Source of the DNA: Candidatus Hydrogenedentota bacterium
GTDB taxonomy: Bacteria; Hydrogenedentota; Hydrogenedentia; Hydrogenedentales; JAEUWI01
Direction of reading: 5' to 3'
Assembly: GCA_034669905.1 (NCBI GenBank)
Contig: JAXMOL010000028.1
Span: 1-64,000 of the forward strand
DNA length: 64,000 nucleotides
Within the stretch, counting starts at the first letter, position 1. Every line of letters starts with the position of its first letter. Of this stretch, positions 1 through 7,282 are shown piece after piece. The notes below the pieces were generated by a model. The model worked only from the letters and a program-made list of their open reading frames with translations. It searched no databases and was not told where the DNA came from. A program made the translations under genes and the position numbers.

Positions 1-192
1 GTTCATGGCGCACCCAAAATTCCCCAAGCCCTGGATGGGCGGCACCAACATCGCAGCCGGAGCTCTCGTGCCATGGCGCCAAGCTGCACGCAATTTCCGC
101 ATCCCTCAACCGCAACGAAATCCGGCCTGAAAGACCTCAAGAGGTGAGCCCAAGGCAACGCCTTGGGTTCATGGCGCACCCAAAATTCCCCA
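1..192. repeat. Direct repeat GTTCATGGCGCACCCAAAATTCCCCA (1-26 and 167-192); second copy preceded by a REP-like hairpin CCCAAGGCAACGCCTTGGG
   Basis: 26-nt identical copies at 166-nt spacing; palindrome near 149-167; the array is probably cut by the window start. Confidence 0.7.
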
Positions 193-435
193 TCGCTCAG
201 GATGGGCAGGAAATCGTAGTTCTCTTCCTTGAAGAGGTCTTTCTCGGCAAAGGTATTCTCGCTCTTACAGGAACCGCACTGGAGAAAGTCGGTCTGGGTG
301 CCCTTAACGACGTCGATAAGGCGGGTGCGGCTTTCGACCCAGAATCGCACGGCGTTGGCGGGTAACGTATTACAAATAAAAGAGCGCCCATGCCCCGTTG
401 GCGACGCAAGCGGTCCTTGTCGTGTGTCGTCAGTA

Positions 436-485
436 GGCACCCGTAAGCTCCCCCGCTGCGCTGCTCCGCGTAAGGGTGGCACCCT
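436..485 (-). repeat. REP-like element, GGGTGCCACCC family
   Basis: Reverse complement AGGGTGCCACCCTTACGCGGAGCAGCGCAGCGGGGGAGCTTACGGGTGCC closely matches 42023-42070 and 50991-51040. Confidence 0.75.
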
Positions 486-536
486 GGTGGATTGCTCTCG
501 CACGCGGCACTGCAATCCCTTTCCCGGCAGTGCGTG

Positions 537-1955
537 TCAGGCGATAATATCGCGGATCACATGCCCGTGTACGTCCGTCAACCGGAAATCGCGGCCGGCG
601 TAGCGGTAGGTGAATTGTTCGTGGTCGAAGCCCAGGAGATGCAGGATGGTGGCGTGGAGGTCGTGAACTTCCAACACGTTTTCCTGGGCCTTAAAGCCGA
701 ACTCATCCGTGGCGCCATAGGTCGTGCCACCCTTGATGCCGCCGCCGGCCATCCACATGGAAAAGCCGTAGGGGTTGTGGTCCCGGCCCTTGAGGGGTTC
801 GCCGTTGGGCTGGAGTTCCACGGTAGGCGTGCGGCCAAACTCGCCGCCCCAGATGATGAGGGTGTCGTCAAGCATGCCCCGTTGTTTCAGGTCGCTGATG
901 AGCGCCGCGATGGGTTGGTCGATTTCCTTCGCCAGCTTGGCGTGATTGTGGATGTCGCTGTGGTCGTCCCAGGGCTGTCCCGCACCATGCCAGAGCTGCA
1001 CATAGCGCACGCCCCGCTCCAGCAGTCGCCGGGCGATGAGGGTCTGCCGTCCGTGGACCCCGTCGCCATACATCTCGCGAATATACTCCGGCTCCTGGGC
1101 CACTTCGAAGGCATCCGCCGCTTCCATCTGCATGCGGTAAGCCAACTCGAAGGATTGTATCTGGGCTTCGAGCGGCGCATCCCGATCCCGCTGTGCCGCA
1201 TGCTCGTCGTTAAGAGCGTGGAGCAGGTCGAGCTGTTGCCGTTGTTCGGCTTTGTTGGTCACCTTGTTGCGAATATTCTCGATGAGCTTTTCGATTTGGG
1301 TGTGCTTCGAATCGATGAAGGTCCCCTGATAGATGCCGGGGAGGAATCCGGAACGCCAGTTCTCGGCTTCTTTCACCGGGTAGCCGCCGGGACACATGAC
1401 CACGAAGCCGGGCAGGTTCTGGTTTTCCGAACCGAGGCCGTAGTTGAGCCAGGACCCCACGCTGGGGCGACTCATCACGCCGTCGCCACTGTTCATGAGC
1501 ATGAGGGACGGCTCGTGGTTCGGCACCTTGGCCTTAAGGGAGCGGATGACGGCGATGTCGTCAATATGGGCGGCCGTCTTTTCAAAGAGCTCGCTCACGT
1601 GGATGCCGCTCTCGCCATATTGTTGGAATTTAAAGGGCGACGGGAAGGAGGTGCCGGTTTTACGCTCGGTGCGAAGGTACTCCATGGGCAGGGTCTTGCC
1701 GGCGTATTTTTCCAACGCGGGCTTGTAGTCGAAGGTATCCACCGCAGAGGGACCACCGTTGAGGAAGAAATGGATAACCCGTTTGGCCTTCCCGGGAAAG
1801 TGGGACGATTTTGGCGACAGGGGATTGGCCCCATAGGCCGGATTGCCCGAGAGCATGGTGCCGAGTGTCAGGGCACCCATCCCCATGCCCGTACGGCGCA
1901 GGAGCTCACGCCGGGAAAGGAGGGCGTCTTCGATACGGGGCTTATGGTGTGACAT
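537..1955 (-). CDS. DUF1501 family protein (Tat-like signal)
   Basis: SRRELL signal; KAKRVIHFFLNGGPS.VDTFDYKP, GGEFGRTP, GRDHNP and FRLTDVHG motifs; GAGGA RBS upstream. Confidence 0.93.
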   Translation of the reverse strand: MSHHKPRIEDALLSRRELLRRTGMGMGALTLGTMLSGNPAYGANPLSPKSSHFPGKAKRVIHFFLNGGPSAVDTFDYKPALEKYAGKTLPMEYLRTERKTGTSFPSPFKFQQYGESGIHVSELFEKTAAHIDDIAVIRSLKAKVPNHEPSLMLMNSGDGVMSRPSVGSWLNYGLGSENQNLPGFVVMCPGGYPVKEAENWRSGFLPGIYQGTFIDSKHTQIEKLIENIRNKVTNKAEQRQQLDLLHALNDEHAAQRDRDAPLEAQIQSFELAYRMQMEAADAFEVAQEPEYIREMYGDGVHGRQTLIARRLLERGVRYVQLWHGAGQPWDDHSDIHNHAKLAKEIDQPIAALISDLKQRGMLDDTLIIWGGEFGRTPTVELQPNGEPLKGRDHNPYGFSMWMAGGGIKGGTTYGATDEFGFKAQENVLEVHDLHATILHLLGFDHEQFTYRYAGRDFRLTDVHGHVIRDIIA

Positions 1956-1989
1956 CGGTAATCCTCAGTTTGTAAGTAAACTCTATTCT

Positions 1990-2176
1990 AACCTCAAAGA
2001 ACGCAGAGAGCACAAAAAAAGGAGCCCCTTAATAATGCGTTTCGCAATCAAATGGGCCGTTTCGAATAACGGATTCCTACACAGAACAAGAATCCTATAC
2101 CTATTCCGGCCAACGCACAATGAATCAAGGGCACCGCAAATGCTTTCACTTTGAGTTCTTTGCGTTCTCTGTGGTT
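1990..2176. repeat. ~187-bp inverted-end element, copy 1 (subfamily A)
   Basis: Starts AACCTCAAAGAACGCAGAGAGCACAAAA and ends CTTTGAGTTCTTTGCGTTCTCTGTGGTT (imperfect terminal inverted repeat). Confidence 0.9.
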
Positions 2177-2304
2177 CATCATTCCGCAAAAAATCGGGTA
2201 ACGCCGCCCCAAAGGACTAACGCTGGAGCAAGGAACAAGAATAAACACCAGGCCAATAAACCGACTTCCTTTGCAATGAGTTCACGTTGATCCTATTTTT
2301 GTTA

Positions 2305-2491
2305 AACCTCAAAGAACGCAGAGAGCACAAAAAAAGGAGCCCCTTAATAATGCGTTTCGCAATCAAATGGGCCGTCTCAAATAATGGCTTCCCATACAAA
2401 ACAAAAAACCTATACCTATTCCAGCCAACTCACAATAAATCAAGGGCACCGCAAATGCGTTCACTTTGTGTTCTTTGCGTTCTCTGTGGTT
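2305..2491. repeat. ~187-bp inverted-end element, copy 2 (subfamily A)
   Basis: Same termini; interior closely similar to copy 1. Confidence 0.9.
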
Positions 2492-2530
2492 CATCATTCC
2501 GCAAGAACACTATAACGTCTTCCCAAAGCG

Positions 2531-2989
2531 CTAACGTTGAAGTAAGGAACCCAACACCGTCCCCACCAGGAAGAAAACTGACAGCAGGCCCGTATACTGA
2601 CCACCTCTATAATCAGGGTCCCAGACGTATTTCTTGATTTGAAATCTGTACGCACCGAAGTTGATCAACAACCCGTGCTTTTTACGCGCCGCCTTGAGGT
2701 AGCCCATCACTTGGGCCGTGTGCTCGGGCGCTATGTCTTTTGCAGTTTTGAGTTCCACAATCAGTTCGTTTTCAACCAACAGATCGGCCACATAGTCACC
2801 AATCACAGTACCGTCTTCATCGTAGATCGTAATCGGATATTGCTGTTCGATATGAAATCCCGCTTTGCGCAGGCGGTGAGCCAAGGCATTCTCGTAGGGC
2901 TTTTCCAGATGGCCGTGACCATGATAGGCGTGAATGTCGTAAGCAGTCTGCCGCACCGCATCGCACAGCGCTTTCATATCCCCGTCCAT
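2531..2989 (-). CDS. GxxExxY protein (PD-(D/E)XK nuclease-like)
   Basis: GHLEKPY equals GxxExxY; ADLLVENELIVELK catalytic-type motif; AQVMGYLKA...GLLINFG; GGAGG RBS upstream. Confidence 0.92.
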   Translation of the reverse strand: MDGDMKALCDAVRQTAYDIHAYHGHGHLEKPYENALAHRLRKAGFHIEQQYPITIYDEDGTVIGDYVADLLVENELIVELKTAKDIAPEHTAQVMGYLKAARKKHGLLINFGAYRFQIKKYVWDPDYRGGQYTGLLSVFFLVGTVLGSLLQR

Positions 2990-3053
2990 TTCAAGTGCCT
3001 CCCTTTCTTGCCGATTTCTTCCTTACCAATTGTTCAGCCCGATGCTTTTATCT

Positions 3054-3807
3054 AACCTCAAAGAACGCAGAGAGCACAAAAGAATTAGCCCATTGAAAAC
3101 ACGCTCTGTAATCAAATCACCTTTCTCAAATAACGGATTCTTACACGAAAGAAAAGCCTATGCTTATCCCAGCCAACTCACAATGAATCCAGGCCACTGC
3201 GATTCATTTCCCTTTGTGTTCTTTGCGTTCTCTGTGGTTAACAATTCTCAAAACCCGATGGGTCACAACGCGCCGATAGGCTATCAACTGGCCGAGTACT
3301 TCCTTACCAATAGTCCAGCTCGATGCTATCTTTATCTAACCTCAAAGAACGCAAAGAGCACAAAAGAAGAAGCCCTTTGAAAACACGCTCTGTAATTAAA
3401 TCACCCGTCTCAACTAACGGATCCCTACACGAAAGAAAAACCTATACTTATCCCAGACAACTCACAATGAATCCAGGCCACTGCGATTCATTTCCCTTTG
3501 TGTTCTTTGCGTTCTCTGTGGTTAACAATTCTCAAAACCCGATGGGTCACAACGCGCCGACAGGCTATCAACTGGCCGAGTACTTCCTTACCAATAGTCC
3601 AGCTCGATGCTATCTTTATCTAACCTCAAAGAACGCAGAGAGCACAAAAGAAGAAGCCCTTTGAAAACACGCTCTGTAATTAAATCACCCGTCTCAACTA
3701 ACGGATCCCTACACGAAAGAAAAACCTATGCTTATCCCAGACAACTCACAATGAATCCAGGCCACTGCGATTCATTTCCCTTTGTGTTCTTTGCGTTCTC
3801 TGTGGTT
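3054..3807. repeat. Three tandem 186-bp inverted-end elements (3054-3239, 3338-3523, 3622-3807; subfamily B), 284-bp period
   Basis: Same termini as copies 1-2; the two 98-bp spacers are near-identical. Confidence 0.92.
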
Positions 3808-3830
3808 AAAACCCCACTCCATTTACTACG

Positions 3831-6800
3831 TCAATCCACAAACAAAAACTCATTGGATGCCAACAAGACCTGGGCATACTTTTCCCAGGGCATCATGGGT
3901 TCCGGCAAGACTTCGACGGTGGGCCCAAACTCCTTTTTCGCATCCCAAACCATCGCCACCGTCTCGCCCTCTGTCGGTGCGGCATGAGTCACCGTGGGTG
4001 CCCACAGAAACTGGTCGCTGTTCAGACCACCCTTAACATCCACCTCGAAATCAATCGTGTCCCCCGCTTCGACCACAATTCCGAAAAGATTGGCGTCCGC
4101 TTCACTCGCATGGAGAGCCCACGCACCGAGCAACCCGTGACGGCTGCTGATGACCCGTGCCATGATGCCATCGCCCGCTTCGGGTTCATGGGTTATCCGT
4201 CCCGCGATGTTGACCTTGCCCGAAACAGGCGCCGTCCACCGACGGACCACGGCGTGGTCGAGCGTATTGCCCGGGTGGCCTCCGTCGGCGGTCAACTGCG
4301 CCCAACCCAGGGCGGCATCGGGCCACTTCGCCCCCCCCTGATAGGCCGTTTCCGTGAAGTGGGGCAAGGGCGTAAAGTTTTCCACCAGACCCGAGGTCGT
4401 GTTCATTTTGCCGTAACCATAGGTCCAGGCACTCGGTTCTACGGGGGGAGCCGGGGGAGGCGCAATCGCCTCCGCCTGGTCGATAAAGGCCAGCGAACGT
4501 TCCAGTTGTTCCGCCGTGGCATCCCGTTGGTAGGCCTGCTGGTAGAGCCACTGAATACGTGCCTCGGACGAATCCGGCGCCGCTTCAATCGCCTTGGAGG
4601 CGAAGGCCTTTGCCTGGGTCTGGATGAAGTCGTTGTTCATCAGAAACAGGGCCTGCTGCGGAACCGTGGTCGTCAACCGCGTGGGGCTGTGCATGTCGGG
4701 ACTCGGAAAATCAAAGGTCCGGAAAATAGTGGGCAGGAAACGCCGGTCCACCTTGCCATACAGGGTACGGCGCGTGGGATAGGGTGCGGCCACGAGATCC
4801 ACGGGACGTCCCCCCACCGACATATCGAGTTCGCCCGAGGCATGGAGCAAGGCATCCCGCATGGTCTCAAAGCCCAGTCGATAGCGGTTGAAGTGCCAGA
4901 GCAAGCGATTTTCCGGGTCCACCGCCCGGGCAGCTTCCAGGCGGGCGGCATCTTCCGGCAAGTCGCTGGTCTGCTGGTAGGTCGCCGACAACACGATCTG
5001 TCGGTGTAGCCGCTTCAGCGACCAGCCGTTCTCCACAAAGTCGCGGGCCAGCCAATCGAGCAGTTCCGGGTGGCTGGGCAATTCGGAGCGGGTTCCAAAG
5101 TCACTGGGCGTCTTGACCAGGCCCGCCCCAAAATGCCAGTCCCATACACGGTTCACAAAGACCCGGGCGGTCAGGGGATTATTGGGGTCCGCGATGGCCT
5201 CGGCCATTTCACGTCGGCCACTCCCTTCCGAAAAGGGGTTACGCTCCGGGCCGCTGAGCAATTCCAGAAACTGACGGGGCACATAGTCCCCCGGACTGGC
5301 GGGATTGCCCCGGCGAAAAATACGGGGTGGGGTCGGGTCGGGTTTGTTGGCCAGGATAACCGCGAAGGGCGGGGCGACCTCGGCACCGATAATGGCCCGA
5401 TCAATTTCCGCCTGGAGTTTCGCCAGCTCCACCCGGGTGGGCTCATGAAACATCCACTCCAAGTCCACGATGGCCCCTTCTGGCACACGGATGGGCGAGT
5501 CGGCGGCGAACATGACCTGACGAAGGGCTTCCTGCGCCGGGTCGGGCAAGGCCGTGGGGGCATCGATACCACTTTCCCCTGCTGCCGCTTCCAGGGAAAG
5601 CCAGGCATCATTGACCGATTTAAACAGGGTGGCATAACGGGCGGTCACCTCTTCGAATCTGGTGGGGGGCTCGGCGGCAAGGACTTCCAACACCGCCGTG
5701 TTAACCGCGGCAGCGGGTGCCGCCGCCAGGACCACATCACCCGCCTGGGGTGTGGCGCGTAGCCGGGCAATGACGGCAGGGGCTTCCGTAGCGAAGTCTT
5801 CTGGCACGAGTTCTGCCAGGCGATTCCACGGTCCAAAGACCGGGTGTTCAGGGCCACACCCTTCGATATAGGCCGCCCAACGACGGACGACGGTGGGGTT
5901 GATGTCGTCTTCGTTGGTGATTTCATAAAAATCTTCGGTGGGCAGGCTGTCCGCCGTGGGAACGGCCACGAGATAGCGGTCTACCTGACTGCGGAGACGG
6001 GCCTCCAGCACCGTGGTCTGGGTGGCAAAGGTTTCGTCCAACTTGGCCTGCCGTTGCTGCATCACCTCCGTAAAGGCCGCGAACTCCGGCTTCTCATGGT
6101 AGCCCGGGTCAATGGGAACCAGACGCTCGGAGCTGGCGGAAAAGACGCCATAGAGCGAGTAATAGTCCGCCGTGGGCACGGGGTCGAATTTGTGGTCGTG
6201 ACAGCGGGCACAACTCACGGTCAGCCCCATGAGCCCCCGGGTGACCGTGTCAATGCGGTCGTCCACGATGTCAGGCCGTACGCCCAGGAAGCGCTGGCCC
6301 AGGGTCAGGACGCCCATGGCCGCCAGATCTTCCCGGCTGGAATCGTCCGTCAGGGTATCGGCGGCCAGCTGGAGCCGTATAAACTCGTCGTAGGGCATGT
6401 CTTCGTTGAGGGCCTGGACCACCCAATCGCGGTATACATAGCTGTGGGTGAAATTAAATTCTTCGCGGCCGTAGACATAGCCTTTCGTGTCGGCATAGCG
6501 GGCCACGTCGAGCCAGTGCCGGGCCCATTGCTCGCCATAATGGGGCGAGGCGAGATACCGCTCCACAACCTTTTCATAGGCATCGGGCGCCGCATCATTC
6601 ACAAAGGCCGCGACTTCTTCGGGCGTGGGCGGCAAGCCCAACAGATCAAAGGAAAGGCGGCGAAGGAGGGTACGGCGATCCACCGCGGGTGCCGGCGTCA
6701 AACCGGCCCCTTCAAGGCCCGCCAGTATGAAGTGATCCACCTCGGTCACGGGCCAGGAAGTATCGTTCACCGCGGGTACGGCCTGGGGCTGGGGCGAATG

Positions 6801-7220
6801 GAAGGCCCAATGCTTTTTGGCATTGGCCATCAGATCCAGGGGAACATCGCTCTCCGGAAAAACGGCACCCTCACGAATCCAACGCTCAAAGTCGGCGACG
6901 ACCGACTCGGGCAGGGCCTTCTTGGGGGGCATTTGGAAATCGCTGTTTTGATAACGGATCGCCTCCATAAGACGTGAGGCATCGGGGTCACCAGGAACAA
7001 CGGCGGGAAGCCCCGACACGCCCCCCTTCAGGAGGCCCGCCGACGAATCCAGCAGCAATTCCCCTTTCAGGGCATCGGTGGCACTGCTGTGGCAGCCAAA
7101 GCACTGCTCCAGGAGAACGGGGCGTATTCGTGCCTCGAAAAAGTCATTGGGGCTCGCCGCCGTGGCGGTTGCCCCCCAGATCGATACGAAACACAGTAAG
7201 GATATTTTCAGATAGTGCAT
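3831..7220 (-). CDS. Planctomycete cytochrome c plus DUF1549/DUF1553 domain protein
   Basis: Signal peptide from MHYLKISLL (start 7220 preferred over 7274); CFGCH and CARCHDHK motifs; GEQWARHWLDVARYAD, NPLTARVFVNRVW, PSHPELLDWLA and SNEFLFVD. Confidence 0.93.
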   Translation of the reverse strand: MHYLKISLLCFVSIWGATATAASPNDFFEARIRPVLLEQCFGCHSSATDALKGELLLDSSAGLLKGGVSGLPAVVPGDPDASRLMEAIRYQNSDFQMPPKKALPESVVADFERWIREGAVFPESDVPLDLMANAKKHWAFHSPQPQAVPAVNDTSWPVTEVDHFILAGLEGAGLTPAPAVDRRTLLRRLSFDLLGLPPTPEEVAAFVNDAAPDAYEKVVERYLASPHYGEQWARHWLDVARYADTKGYVYGREEFNFTHSYVYRDWVVQALNEDMPYDEFIRLQLAADTLTDDSSREDLAAMGVLTLGQRFLGVRPDIVDDRIDTVTRGLMGLTVSCARCHDHKFDPVPTADYYSLYGVFSASSERLVPIDPGYHEKPEFAAFTEVMQQRQAKLDETFATQTTVLEARLRSQVDRYLVAVPTADSLPTEDFYEITNEDDINPTVVRRWAAYIEGCGPEHPVFGPWNRLAELVPEDFATEAPAVIARLRATPQAGDVVLAAAPAAAVNTAVLEVLAAEPPTRFEEVTARYATLFKSVNDAWLSLEAAAGESGIDAPTALPDPAQEALRQVMFAADSPIRVPEGAIVDLEWMFHEPTRVELAKLQAEIDRAIIGAEVAPPFAVILANKPDPTPPRIFRRGNPASPGDYVPRQFLELLSGPERNPFSEGSGRREMAEAIADPNNPLTARVFVNRVWDWHFGAGLVKTPSDFGTRSELPSHPELLDWLARDFVENGWSLKRLHRQIVLSATYQQTSDLPEDAARLEAARAVDPENRLLWHFNRYRLGFETMRDALLHASGELDMSVGGRPVDLVAAPYPTRRTLYGKVDRRFLPTIFRTFDFPSPDMHSPTRLTTTVPQQALFLMNNDFIQTQAKAFASKAIEAAPDSSEARIQWLYQQAYQRDATAEQLERSLAFIDQAEAIAPPPAPPVEPSAWTYGYGKMNTTSGLVENFTPLPHFTETAYQGGAKWPDAALGWAQLTADGGHPGNTLDHAVVRRWTAPVSGKVNIAGRITHEPEAGDGIMARVISSRHGLLGAWALHASEADANLFGIVVEAGDTIDFEVDVKGGLNSDQFLWAPTVTHAAPTEGETVAMVWDAKKEFGPTVEVLPEPMMPWEKYAQVLLASNEFLFVD

Positions 7221-7282
7221 CAGGTTGGTCCCTTCGCCCCATACCATACGCCAAGCGCACCCGTATTTGTCCACCCATTGAC

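Noticed and set aside
3..515. 170-aa minus-strand ORF with CGSC
   Set aside because: Both ends run through REP elements, with no RBS or recognisable family; the central part could be a gene remnant but this is unsupported
2177..2620. Diversity-generating retroelement TR/VR pair
   Set aside because: No reverse transcriptase in the window; similarity is short and the differences are synonymous rather than adenine-specific diversification
1990..3807. CRISPR array or integron
   Set aside because: Repeats are ~187 bp, two spacers are near-identical, and there are no cas genes, no integrase and no clear attC core sites
1983..3987. Short ORFs over the repeats (e.g. 2287-2637, 3030-3380, 3323-3664, 3607-3987)
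   Set aside because: Translations of the repeat; the frame changes between copies and no protein motifs are evident
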